From the human T2T-CHM13v2.0 reference genome, Homo sapiens, in NCBI RefSeq assembly GCF_009914755.1, contig NC_060933.1: a stretch of 64,000 nucleotides of DNA, one strand, 5' to 3'. Position numbers and translations under genes: made by a program. The notes below the pieces were generated by a model that had not been told where the DNA came from, ran no database searches, and was given only the letters and a program-made list of their open reading frames with translations. The stretch's first letter is position 1. Every line of letters begins with the position of its first letter. Positions 27,104 to 41,600 of the stretch are shown here, in pieces.

Positions 27104-29914
27104 GTTCCATTCCATTCCATTCCATTCCATTCCATTCTGTTCCATTCCATTCAATTCCATTCCATTCTATTTGGGTTAATTCCATTCCATTCCATTCGAT
27201 TGCAATCGAGTTGATTCCATTCCATTCCATTCCATTCCATTCCATTCCATTCCATTCCATTCCTTTCCATTCCGTTCCGTTCCATTCCATTCCATTCCAT
27301 TCTATTCGGGTTAATTCCATTCCATTCCATTCGATTGCAATCGTGTTGATTCCATTCCATTCCATTCCCTTCCATTCCACTCTGGTTGATTCCATTCCTT
27401 TCCATTCCACTCGAATACATTCCCTCCTATTCCACTCGGAACGATTCCATTCCATTCCATTCCGTTCCATTCCATTCCATTCCATTCCATTTCGTTCCAT
27501 TCCTTTCTATTCCGTATCATTCCATTCCATCCCATTCCATTCCATTCCATTCCATTCCATTCCATTGTACTCGGGTTGATTCCATTCCATTGCATTCCAT
27601 TCCATTCCATTCCATTCCATTCCATTCCTTTCCATTCCATTCCATTACATTCGGATTGATTCTTTTCAACTCCCTTACTCTACTTTACATTCCATTCCAT
27701 TCGGGTTGTTCCATTCCATTCCATTCCATTCCACTCCATTCCATTGCACTCGGGTTGATTCCATTCCATTCCATTCCATTCCATTCCGGATGATTCCATT
27801 CCATTGCATTCCGTTCCATTACATTCCCCTGCACTCGGGTTGATTCCATTCCATTCCATTCCATTCCATTCGATTCCATTCCATTCCCCTGCACTCGCGT
27901 TCATTCCATTCCATTCCATTCCATTCCATTCCTTTCCATTCCATTCCATTCCATTCCATTCCATTCCATTCCGTTCCGTTCCATTCCATTCCATTCCATT
28001 CTATTCGGGTTAATTCCATTCCATTCCATTCGATTGCAATCGAGTTGATTCCATTCCATTCCATTCCATTCCATTCCATTCCATTCCATTCCATTCCATT
28101 CCATTCCTTTCCATTCCATTACGGATGATTCCATTCCATTGCATTCCATTCCATTCCATTCCCCTGTACTCGGGTTGATTCCATTCCATTCTATTCCAAT
28201 CCATGCCATTCCACTCGTGTTGATTCCATTCTTTCCATTCCATTCAAGTTGAATCCATTCCATTGCATTCCATTCCATTCGATTCCATTCGATTGCACTC
28301 GGGTTGATTCCATTCCATTGCATTCCATTCCATTCCATTCCATTCCATTCCATTCCATTCCATTCCGTTCCATTCCATTTCATTACATTCAGATTGATTC
28401 TATTCAATTCCCTTACACTCTATTATATTCCAATCCATTCTGGTTGTCTGCATTCCATTCCATTCCATTTCACTCCATTCGATTACACTCGGGTTGGTTC
28501 CATTCCATTCCATTCCATTCCATTCCATTCCATTCCATTCCATTCCGGATGATTCCATTCCATTGCATTCCATTCTATTCCATTCCCCTGCACTCGGGTT
28601 GATTCCATTCCATTCCATTCCATTACATTCCGTTCCATTCCATTCCATTCCATTCGGATTGATTCTATTCAATTCCCTTACACTCCATTACATTCCATTC
28701 CATTCGGGTAGTTTCCATTCCATTCCATTCCATTCCATTCCATTCCATTCCATTCCATTCCATTCCATTCCATTCCATTGTACTCGGGTTGATTCCATTA
28801 CATTGCATTCCATTCCATTCCATTCCATTCCGTTCCATTCCATTCCATTACATTCGGATTGATTCTTTTCAACTCCCTTACTCTCCATTACATTCCATTA
28901 AATTCCGGTTGTTCCATTCCATTCCATTCCATTCAACTCCATTCCATTGCACTCGGGTTGATTCCATTCCATTCCATTCCATTCCATTCCGGATGATTCC
29001 ATTCCATTGCATTCCATTCCATTACATTCCCTTGCATTCGGGTTGATTCCATTCCATTCCATTCCATTCCATTCCATTCCATTCCCCTGCACTCGCGTTG
29101 ATTCCATTCCATTCCATTCCATTCCATTCCCTTCCATTCCATTCCATTCCTTTCCATTCCATTCCATTCCCTTCCATTCCACTCTGGTTGATTCAATTCC
29201 TTTCCATTCCACTCGAATACATTCCCTCCTATTCCACTCGCAACGATTCCATTCCATTCCATTCCATTCCATTCCATTCCATTCCATTTCGTTCCATTCC
29301 ATTCTATTCCGTATCATTCCATTCCATTCCATTCCATTCCATTCTATTCCATTCCATTCCATTCCATTGTACTCGGTTTGATTCCATTCCATTGCATTCC
29401 ATTCCATTCCATTCCATTCCATTCCGTTGCATTCCATTCCATTACATTCGGATTGATTCTATTCAACTCCCTTACTCTCCATTACATTCCATTCCATTCG
29501 GGTTGTTCCATTCCATTCCATTCCATTCCACTCCATTCCATTGCACTCGGGTTGATTCCATTCCATTCCATTCCATTCCATTCCATTCCGGATGATTCCA
29601 TTCCATTGCATTCCGTTCCATTACATTCCCCTGCACTCGCGTTGATTCCATTCCATTCCATTCCATTCCATTGAATTCCATTCCATTACAATTCGTTCCA
29701 TTCTATTCTATTCCGTACCATTCCATTCCATTCCATACCATTCCATTCCATTCCATTCCATTCCATTCCGTTCCGTTCCGTTCCATTCCATTCCATTCCA
29801 TTCTATTGGGGTTAATTCCATTCCATTCCATTCCATTCCATTCCATTCTATTCCATTCCATTGCAATCGAGTTGAATCCATTGCATTTCATTCCATTCCA
29901 TTCCATTCCATTCC

Positions 29915-29929
29915 ATTCCGGAAGATTCC
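29915..29929. promoter_or_regulatory. Canonical heat-shock element, first right-arm example (ATTCCGGAAGATTCC)
   Basis: Reverse complement of the left-arm module (nTTCnnGAAnnTTCn). Also at 30884, 32892, 33585, 35882, 40086, 40405, 45708, 46396, 48946 and further right. Confidence 0.6.
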
Positions 29930-31139
29930 ATTCCATTGCATTCCATTCCATTCCATTCCCCTGCACTCGCGTTGATTCCATTCCATTCCATTCCATTCCA
30001 TTCCATTCCATTCCATTCCATTCCATTCCGTTCCTTTCCATTCCATTCCATTCCATTCCATTCCGTTCCGTTCCATTCCATTCCATTCCATTCCATTACG
30101 TTACATTCCGTTCCATTGTACTCGGGTTGATTCCATTCCATTGCATTCCATTCCATTCCATTCCATTCCATTCCATTCCATTCCGTTCCATTACATTCGG
30201 ATTGATTCTATTCAACTCCCTTACTCTCCATTACATTACATTCCATTCGGGTTGTTCCATTCCATTCCATTCCATTCCACTCCATTCCATTGCACTCGGG
30301 TTGATTCCATTCCATTCCATTCCATTCCATTCCATTCCGGATGGTTCCATTCCATTGCATTCCGTTCCATTACATTCCCCTGCACTCGCGTTGATTCCAT
30401 TCCATTCCATTCCATTCCATTGAATTCCATTCCATTACAATTCGTTCCATTACATTCTATTCCGTACCATTCCATTCCATTCCATACCATTCCATTCCAT
30501 TCCATTCCATTCCATTCCATTGCATTCCATTCCGTTCCATTCCGTTCCATTCCATTCCATTCCGGATGATTCCATTCCATTGCATTCCGTTCCATTACAC
30601 TCCCCTGCACTCGCGTTGATTCCATTCCATTCCATTCAATTCCATTCCATTACAATTCTTTCCATTCCATTCTATTCCGTACCATTCCATTCCATTCCAT
30701 ACCATTCCATTCCATTCCATTCCATTCCATTCCATTCCATTCCATTCCGTTCCATTCCGTTCCATTCCATTCCATTCTATTCGGGTTAATTCCATTCCAT
30801 TCCATTCCATTCCATTCTATGCCATTCCATTGCAATCGAGTTGAATCCATTGCATTTCATTCCATTCCATTCCATTCCATTCCATTCCGGAAGATTCCAT
30901 TCCATTGCATTCCATTCCATTCCATTCCCCTGCACTCGCGTTGATTCCATTCCATTCCATTCCATTCCATTCCATTCCATTCCTTTCCGTTCCTTTCCAT
31001 TCCATTCCATTCCATTCCATTCCATTCCATTCCATTCCGTGCCGTTCCATTCCATTCCATTCCATTCTATTCGGGTTAATTCCATTCCATTCCATTCGAT
31101 TGCAATCGTGTTGATTCCATTCCATTCCATTCCATTCCA

Positions 31140-34100
31140 TTCCATTCCATTCCATTCCATTCCATTGCATTCCATTCCGTTCCATTCCATTTCATTACAT
31201 TCAGATTGATTCTATTCAATTCCCTTACACTCCATTATATTCCAATCCATTCTGGTTGTCTCCATTCCATTCCATTCCATTTCACTCCATTCCATTGCAC
31301 TCGGGTTGATTCCATTCCATTCCATTCCATTGCATTCCATTCCATTCCATTCCGGATGATTCCATTCCATTGCATTCCATTCCATTCCATTCCCCTGCAC
31401 TCGGGTTGATTCCATTCCATTCCATTCCATTCCATTCTGGATGATTCCATTCCATTGCATTCCATTCCATTCCAATCCCCTGCACTCGGGTTGATTCCAT
31501 TCCATTCCACTCCATTCCGTTCCATTCCATTCCATTCCATTGTATTCGGGTTAATTCCATTCCATTCCATTCCATTCCATTACAATCGAGTTGATTCCAT
31601 TCCATTCCATTCCATTCCAGTCCTTTCCATTCCATTCCACTCGGGATGATTCCATTCTATTAGTTTCCATTCCATTCCATTCCCTTCCATTCCACTCTGG
31701 TTGATTCCATTCCTTTCCATTCCACTCGAATACATTCCCTCCTATTCCACTCGGAACGATTCCATTCCATTCCATTCCATTCCATTCCATTCCATTCCAT
31801 TCCGTTCCATTCCGTTCCATTCCATTCCATTCCATTCTATTCGGGTTAATTCCATTCCATTCCATTCCATTCCATTCCATTCCATTCCATTCTATTCCAT
31901 TCCATTGCAATCGAGTTGAATCCATTGCATTTCATTCCATTCCATTCCATTCCATTCTATTCCGGAAGGTTCCATTCCATTGCATTCCATTCCATTCCAT
32001 TCCCCTGCACTCGCGTTGATTCCATTCCATTCCATTCCATTCCATTCCATTCCATTCCGTTCCGTTCCGTTCCATTCCATTCCATTCCATTCCATTCCAT
32101 TCCGTTCCGTTCCATTCCATTCCATTCCATTCTATTCGGGTTAATTCCATTCCATTCCATTCGATTGCAATCGAGTTGATTCCATTCCATTCCATTCCAT
32201 TCCATTCCATTCCATTCCATTCCTTTCTATTCCATTACGGATGATTCCATTCCATTTCATTCCATTCCATTCCATTACCCTGTACTCGGGTTGATTCCAT
32301 TCCATTCCATTCCAATCCATGCCATTCCACTCGTGTTGATTCCATTCTTTCCATTCCATTCATGTTGAATCCATTCCATTGCATTCCATTCCATTCGATT
32401 CCATTCGATTGCACTCGGGTTGATTCCATTCCATTGCATTCCATTCCATTCCATTCCATTCCATTCCATTCCGTTCCATTCCATTCCATTACATTCGGAT
32501 TGATTCTATTCAATTCCCTTACACTCCATTCCATTCCTTTCCATTCCATTCCATTCCGTTCCATTCCATTCCATTACATTCGGATTGATTCTATTCAATT
32601 CCCTTACACTCCATTACATTCCATTCCATTCGGGCAGTTTCCATTCCATTCCATTCCATTCCTCTCCATTCCATTGTACTCGGGTTGATTCCATTCCATT
32701 GCATTCCATTCCATTCCATTCAATTCCTTTCCGTTCCATTCCATTCCATTACATTCACATTGATTCTATTCAACTCCCTTACTCTCCATTACATTCCATT
32801 CCATTCGGGTTGTTCCATTCCATTCCATTCCATTCCACTCCATTCCATTGCACTCGGGTTTATTCCATTCCATTCCATTCCATTCCATTCCATTCCGGAA
32901 GATTCCATTCCATTGCATTCCATTCCATTCCATTCCCCTGCACTCGCGTTGATTCCATTCCATTCCATTCGATTCCATTCCATTCCATTCCATTCCATTC
33001 CATTCCATTCCTTTCCGTTCCATTCCACTCCATTCCATTCCATTCCAATCCATTCCATTCCGTTCCGTTCCTTTCCATTCCATTCCATTCCATTCTATTC
33101 GGGTTAATTCCATTCCATTCCATTCGATTGCAATCGAGTTGATTCCATTCCATTCCATTCCATTCCATTCCATGCCATTCCATTCTTTTCCATTCCATTA
33201 CGGATGATTCCATTCCATTGCATTCCATTCCATTCCATTCCCCTGTACTCGGGTTGATTCCATTCCATTCCATTCCAATCCATGCCATTCCACTCGTGTT
33301 GATTACATTCTTTCCATTCCATTCAAGTTGAATCCATTCCATTGCATTCCATTCCATTCCTCTCCATTCCATTGCACTCGGGTTGATTCCATTCCATTGC
33401 ATTCCATTCCATTCCATTCAATTCCATTCCGTTCCATTCCATTACATTCGGATTGATTCTATTCAACTCCCTTACTCTCTATTACATTCCATTCCATTCG
33501 GGTTGTTCCATTCCATTCCATTCCATTCCACTCCATTCCATTGCACTCGGGTTGATTCCATTCCATTCCATTCTATTCCATTCCATTCCGGAAGATTCCA
33601 TTCCATTGCATTCCATTCCATTCCATTCCCCTGCACTCGCGTAGATTCCATTCCATTCCATTCCATTCCATTCTATTCCATTCCATTGCAATCGAGTTGA
33701 ATCCATTGCATTTCATTCCATTCCATTCCATTCCATTCCATTCCGAAAGATTCGATTCCATTGCATTCCATTCCATTCCATTCCCCTACACTCGCGTTGA
33801 TTCCATTCCATTCCATTCCGTTCCATTCCATTCCATTCCGTTCCGTTCCATTCCATTCCATTCTATTCGGGTTAATTCCATTCCATTCAATTCGATTGCA
33901 ATCGAGTTGATTCCTTTCCATTCCATTCCATTCCATTCCATTCCATTCCTTTCCATTCCATTACGGATGATTCCATTCCATTGCATTCCATTCCATTCCA
34001 TTCCCCTGTACTCGGGTTCATTCCATTCCATTCCATTCCAATCCATGCCATTCCACTCGTGTTGATTCCATTCTTTCCATTCCATTCAAGTTGAATCCAT

Positions 34101-35600
34101 TCCATTGCATTCAATTCCATTCGATTCCATTCGATTGCACTCGGGTTGATTCCATTCCATTGCATTCCATTCCATTCCATTCCATTCCATTCCATTGCAT
34201 TCCATTCCGTTCCATTCCATTTCATTACATTCAGATTGATTCTATTCAATTCCCTTACACTCCATTATATTCCAATCCATTCTGGTTGTCTCCATTCCAT
34301 TCCATTCCATTTCACTCCATTCCATTGCACTCGGGTTGATTCCATTCCATTCCATTCCATTGCATTCCATTCCATTCCATTCCGGATGATTCCATTCCAT
34401 TGCATTCCATTCCATTCCATTCCCCTGCACTCGGGTTGATTCCATTCCATTCCATTCCATTCCATTCTGGATGATTCCATTCCATTGCATTCCATTCCAT
34501 TCCAATCCCCTGCACTCGGGTTGATTCCATTCCATTCCACTCCATTCCGTTCCATTCCATTCCATTCCATTGTATTCGGGTTAATTCCATTCCATTCCAT
34601 TCCATTCCATTACAATCGAGTTGATTCCATTCCATTCCATTCCATTCCAGTCCTTTCCATTCCATTCCACTCGGGTTGATTCCATTCTATTAGTTTCCAT
34701 TCCATTCCATTCCCTTCCATTCCACTCTGGTTGATTCCATTCCTTTCCATTCCACTCGAATACATTCCCTCCTATTCCACTCGGAACGATTCCATTCCAT
34801 TCCATTCCATTCCATTCCATTCCATTCCATTCCGTTCCATTCCGTTCCATTCCATTCCATTCCATTCTATTCGGGTTAATTCCATTCCATTCCATTCCAT
34901 TCCATTCCATTCCATTCCATTCCATTCTATTCCATTCCATTGCAATCGAGTTGAATCCATTGCATTTCATTCCATTCCATTCCATTCCATTCTATTCCGG
35001 AAGGTTCCATTCCATTGCATTCCATTCCATTCCATTCCCCTGCACTCGCGTGGATTCCATTCCATTCCATTCCATTCCATTCCATTCCATTCCATTCCGT
35101 TCCGTTCCATTCCATTCCATTCCATTCCATTCCATTCCGTTCCGTTCCATTCCATTCCATTCCATTCTATTCGGGTTAATTCCATTCCATTCCATTCGAT
35201 TGCAATCGAGTTGATTCCATTCCATTCCATTCCATTCCATTCCATTCCATTCCATTCCTTTCTATTCCATTACGGATGATTCCATTCCATTTCATTCCAT
35301 TCCATTCCATTACCCTGTACTCGGGTTGATTCCATTCCATTCCATTCCAATCCATGCCATTCCACTCGTGTTGATTCCATTCTTTCCATTCCATTCATGT
35401 TGAATCCATTCCATTGCATTCCATTCCATTCGATTCCATTCGATTGCACTCGGGTTGATTCCATTCCATTGCATTCCATTCCATTCCATTCCATTCCATT
35501 CCATTCCATTCCGTTCCATTCCATTCCATTACATTCGGATTGATTCTATTCAATTCCCTTACACTCCATTCCATTCCTTTCCATTCCATTCCATTCCGTT
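31140..35600 (-). repeat. ~1.4-kb near-identical duplication at 3.03-kb spacing (31140-32570 and 34170-35600)
   Basis: Private variants are shared by both copies: TCCAATCCCCTGCAC (31471/34501), CCGGAAGGTTCC (~31962/34997), CATTACCCTGTAC (~32273/35308), CATGTTGAAT (32361/35396). Identical ORFs at 31212/34242 and 32141/35176. Confidence 0.88.
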
Positions 35601-38600
35601 CCATTCCATTCCATTCCATTCCATTCCATTCCATTCCATTCCATTCCATTCCATTCCATTCCATTGTACTCGGGTTGATTCCATTCCATTGCATTCCATT
35701 CCATTCCATTCAATTCCATTCCGTTCCATTCCATTCCGTTACATTCGGATTGATTCTATTCAACTCCCTTACTCTCCATTACATTCCATTCCATTCGGGT
35801 TGTTCCATTCCATTCCATTCCATTCCACTCCATTCCATTGCACTCGGGTTGATTCCATTCCATTACATTCCATTCCATTCCATTCCGGAAGATTCCATTC
35901 CATTGCATTCCATTCCATTCCATTCCCCTGCACTCGCGTTGATTCCATTCCATTCCATTCTATTCCATTCCATTCCCTTCCTTTCTGTTCCATTCCATTC
36001 TATTCCATTCCATTCCATTCCATTCCATTCCGTTCCATTCCATTCCATTCTATTCCATTCTATTCGGGTTAATTCCATTCCATTCCATTCGAATGCAATC
36101 GAGTTGATTCCATTCCATTCCATTCCATTCCATTCCATTCCTTTCCATTCCATTACGGATGATTCCATTCCATTGCATTCCATTCCATTCCATTCCCCTG
36201 TACTCGGGTTGATTACATTCCATTCCATTCCAATCCATGCCATTCCACTCATGTTGATTCCACTCTTTCCATTCCATTCAAGTTGAATCCATTCCATTGC
36301 ATTCCATTCCATTCGATTCCATTCGATTGCACGCGGGTTGATTCCATTTCATTGCATTCCATTCCATTCCATTCCATTCCATTCCATTCCATTCCATTCC
36401 GTTCCATTCCATTTCATTACATTCAGATTGATTCTATTCAATTCCCTTACACTCCATTATATTCCAACCCATTCTGGTTGTCTCCATTCCATTCCATTCC
36501 ATTTCACTCCATTCCATTGCACTCTGGTTGATTCCATTCCATTCCATTCCATTCCATTCCGGATGATTCCATTCCATTGCATTCCATTCCATTCCATTCC
36601 CCTGCACTCGGGTTGATTCCATTCCATTCCACTCCATTCCGTTCCATTCCATTCCATTCCATTGTATTCGGGTTAATTCCATTCCATTCCATTCCATTCC
36701 ATTCCATTCCATTCCATTCCATTCCATTACAATCGAGTTGATTCCATTCCATTCCATTCCATTCCAGTCCTTTCCATTCCATTCCATTCCATTCCATTCC
36801 ATTTCGTTCCATTCAATTCTATTCCGTATCATTCCATTCCATTCCATTCCATTCCATTCCATTGCATTCCATTCCATTCCATTCCGGATGATTCCATTCC
36901 ATTGCATTCCATTCCATTCCATTCCCCTGCACTCGGGTTGATTCCATTCCATTGCATTCTATTACATTCCGTTCCATTCTATTCCATTCCATTCGGATTG
37001 ATTCTATTCAATTGCCTTACACTCCATTACATTCCATTCCATTCGGGTAGTTTCCATTCCATTCCATTCCATTCCTCTCCATTCCATTGCACTCGGGGTG
37101 ATTGCATTCCATTCCATTCCATTCCATTCCATTCCATTCCATTCCTTTCCATTCCATTACGGATGATTCCATTCCATTGCATTCCATTCCATTCCATTCC
37201 CCTGTACTCGGGTTGATTCCATTCCATTCCATTCCAATCCATGCCATTCCACTCGTGTTGATTCCATTCATTCCATTCCATTCAAGTTGAATCCATTCCA
37301 TTGCATTCCATTCCATTCCATTCCCCTGCAGTCGGGTTGATTCCATTCCATTCCATTCCATTCCATTCCATTCCATTCCGTTCCGTTCCATTCCATTCCA
37401 TTCCATTCTATTCGGGTTAATTCCATTCCATTCCATTCCATTCCATTCCATTCCAATCGAGTTGATTCCATTCCATTCCATTCCATTCCATTCCACTCCA
37501 TTCCAGTCCTTTCCATTCCATTCCACTCGGGTTGATTCCAATGTATTCCTTTCCATTCCATTCCATTCCATTGCAATCGAGTTGATTCCATTGCTTTGCA
37601 TTCCATTCCATTCCATTCCATTCCGGATGATTCCATTCCATTGCATTCCATTCCATTCCATTCCCCTGCACTCGGGTTGATTCCATTCCATTCCACTCCA
37701 TTCCGTTCCATTCCATTCCATTCCATTGTATTCGGGTTAATTCCATTCCATTCCTTTCCATTCCATTCCATTCCATTACAATCGAGTTGATTCCATTCCA
37801 TTCCATTCCATTCCATTCCAGTCCTTTCCATTCCATTCCACTCGGGTTGATTCCATTCTATTAGTTTCCATTCCATTCCATTCCCTTCCATTCCACACTG
37901 GTTGATTCCATTCCTTTCCATTCCACTCGAATACATTCCTTCCTATTCCACTCTGAACGATTCCATTCCATTCCATTCCATTCCATTCCATTCCATTCCA
38001 TTCCATTTCTTTCCATTCCATTCTATTCCGTATCATTCCATTCCATTCCATTCCATTCCATTCCATTCCATTCCATTCCATTCCATTCCATTGTACTCGG
38101 GTTGATTCCATTCCATTGTATTCCATTCCATTCCATTCCATTCCATTCCGTTGCATTCTATTCCATTACATTTGGATAGATTCTATTCTACTCCCTTACT
38201 CTCCGTTTCATTCCATTCCATTCGGGTTGTTCCATTCCATTCCATTCCATTCCACTCCATTCCATTGCACTCGGGTTGATTCCATTCCATTGCATTCCAT
38301 TCCATTCCATTCCATTCCATTCCGTTCCATTCCATTACATTCGGATTGATTCTATTCAACTCCCTTACTCTCCATTCCATTCCATTCCATTCGGGTTGTT
38401 CCATTCCATTCCATTCCATTCCACTCCATTCCATTGCACTCGGGTTGATTCCATTCCATTCCATTCCATTCCATTCCATTCCATTCCATTCCGGATGATT
38501 CCATTCCATTGCATTCCGTTCCATTACATTCCCCTGCACTCGGGTTGATTCCATTCCATTCCATTCCATTCCATTCCATTCCATTCCATTCGATTCCATT

Positions 38601-41600
38601 ACATTCCAATTCTTTCCATTCCATTCTATTCCGCACCATGCCATTCCATTCCATACAATTCCATTCCATTCCATTCCACTCTGTTCCGTTCCGTTCCGTT
38701 CCATTCCATTCCATTCCATTCTATTCGGGTTAATTCCATTCCATTCCATTCGATTGCAATCGAGTTGATTCCATTCCATTCCATTCCATTCCATTGCATT
38801 CCATTGCTTTCCATTCCATTACGGATGATTCCATTCCATTGCATTCCATTCCATTCCATTCCCCTGTACTCGGGTTGATTCCATTCCATTCCATTCCAAT
38901 CCATACCATTCCACTCGTGTTGATTCCATTCTTTCCATTCCATTCAAGTTGAAACCATTCAATTGCATTCCTTTCAATTCGATTCCATTCGATTGCACTC
39001 GGGTTGATTCCATTCCATTCCATTCCATTCCATTCCATTCCATTCCATTCCATTTCATTACATTCAGATTGATTGTATTCAATTCCCTTACACTCCATTA
39101 TATTCCAATCCATTCTTGTTGTCTCCATTCCATTCCATTCCATTTCACTCCATTCCATTGCACTCGGGTTGATTCCATTCCATTCCATTCCATTGCATTC
39201 CATTCCATTCCATTCCGGATTATTCCATTCCATTGCATTCCATTCCATTCCATTCCCCTGCACTCGGGTTGATTCCACTCCATTCCATTCCATTACATTC
39301 CGTTCCATTCCATTCCATTCCATTCGGATTCATTCTATTCAATTCCCTTACACTCCATTCCATTCCATTCCATTCGGGTAGTTTCCATTCCATTCCATTC
39401 CATTCCTCTCCATTCCATTGCACTCGGGTTGATTCCATTCCATTCCATTCCATTCCATTCCATTCCATTCCATTACATTACATTACATTCCGTTCCATTG
39501 TACTCGGGTTGATTCCATTCCATTGCACTCCATTCCATTCCATTCCATTCCATTCCATTCCATTCCATTCCATTCCGTTCCATTCCATTACATTCGGATT
39601 GATTCTATTCAGCTCCCTTACTCTCCATTACATTCCATTCCATTCTGGTTGTTCCATTCCATTCCATTCCATTCAACTCCATTCCATTGCGCTCGGGTTG
39701 ATTCCATTCCATTCCATTCCATTCCATTCCATTCCGGATGATTCCATTCCATTGCATTCCGTTCCATTACATTCCCCTGCATTCGGGTTGATTCCATTCC
39801 ATTCCATTCCATTCCATTCGATTCCATTCCATTCCAATTCTTTCCATTCCATTCTATTCCGTACCATTGCATTCCATTCCATACAATTCCATTCCATTCC
39901 ATTCCACTCCGTTCCGTTCCGTTCCGTTGTGTTCCGTTCCATTCCATTCCATTCCATTCTATTCGGTTTAATTCCATTCCATTACATTCCATTCCATTCC
40001 ATTCTATTCCATTCCATTGCAATCGAGTTGAATCCATTGCATTCCATTCCATTCCATTCCATTCCATTCCATTCCATTCCATTCCATTCCGGAAGATTCC
40101 ATTCCATTGCATTCCATTCCATTCCATTCCATTCCATTCCATTCCATTCCATTCCATTCCATTGTACTCGGGTTGATTCCATTCCATTACATTCCATTCC
40201 ATTCCATTCCATTCCATTCCATTCCATTCCATTCCGTTCCATTCCATTCCATTACATTCGGATTGATTCTTTTCAACTCCCTTACTCTCCATTACATTCT
40301 ATTCCATTCGGGTTGTTCCATTCCATTCCATTCCATTCCACTCCATTCCATTGCACTCGGGTGGATTCCATTCCATTCCATTCCATTCGATTCCATTCCA
40401 TTCCATTCCGGAAGATTCCATTCCATTGCATTCCATTCCATTCCATTCCCCTGCACTCGCGTTGATTCCATTCCATTCCATTCTATTCCATTCCAGTCCC
40501 TTTCTTTCCGTTCCATTCCATTCCATTCCGTTCCGTTCCATTCCATTCCATTCCATTCTATTCGGGTTAATTCCATTCTATTCCATTCGATTGCAATCGA
40601 GTTGATTCCATTCCATTCCATTCCATTCCATTCCATTCCATTCCATTCCTTTCCATTCCATTAAGGATGATTCCATTCCATTGCATTCCATTCCATTCCA
40701 TTCCCGTGTACTCGGGTTGATTCCATTCCATTCCATTCCAATCCATGCCATTCCACTCGTGTTGATTCCATTCTTTCCATTCCATTCAAGTTGAATCCAT
40801 TCCATTGCATTCCATTCCATTCGATTCCATTCCATTCCATTCCATTCCATTCCGTTCCATTCCATTCCATTACATTCGGATTGATTCTATTCAATTCCCT
40901 TACACTCCATTACATTCCATTCCATTCGGGTAGTTTCCATTCCATTCCATTCCATTCCTCTCCATTCCATTGAACTCGGGTTGATTCCATTCCATTGCAT
41001 TCCATTCCATTCCATTCAATTCCATTCCGTTCCATTCCATTCCATTACATTCGGATTGATTCTATTCAACTCCCTTACTCTCCATTACATTCCATTCCAT
41101 TCGGGTTGTTCCATTCCATTCCATTCCATTCCACTCCATTCCATTGCACTCGGGTTTATTCCATTCCATTCCATTCCATTCCATTCCATTCCATTCCGGA
41201 AGATTGCATTCCATTGCATTCCATTCCATTCCATTCCCCTGCACTCGCGTTGATTCCATTCCATTCCATTCCATTCCATTCCATTCCATTCCATTCCATT
41301 CCATTCCTTTCCGTTCCATTCCATTCCATTCCATTCCAATCCATTCCATTCCGTTCCGTTCCGTTCCATTCCATTCCATTCCATTCTATTCGGGTTAATT
41401 CCATTCCATTCCATTCAATTGCAATCGAGTTGATTCCATTCCATTCCATTCCATTCCATTCCATTCCTTTACATTCCATTACGGATGATTCCATTCCATT
41501 GCATTCCATTCCATTCCATTCCCCTGTACTCGGGTTGATTCCATTCCATTCCATTCCAATCCATGCCATTCCACTCGTGTTGATTCCATTCTTTCCATTA

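Noticed and set aside
27082-27110. New heat-shock element created by the GAA/TTC juxtaposition at the inversion
   Set aside because: GAA at 27088-27090 needs TTC starting at 27093 or 27103. The actual TTCs start at 27100 and 27105, out of phase.
27087-27215. Mobile-element insertion or target-site duplication at the breakpoint
   Set aside because: No non-satellite bases, poly(A), LTR or Alu/L1 sequence were seen here or anywhere in the window.
20000-34000. Perfect mirror-image (fold-back read artefact or palindromic duplication) around the junction
   Set aside because: Module order on the right is not the mirror of the left beyond the 26-bp stem, so the two arms are distinct sequences.
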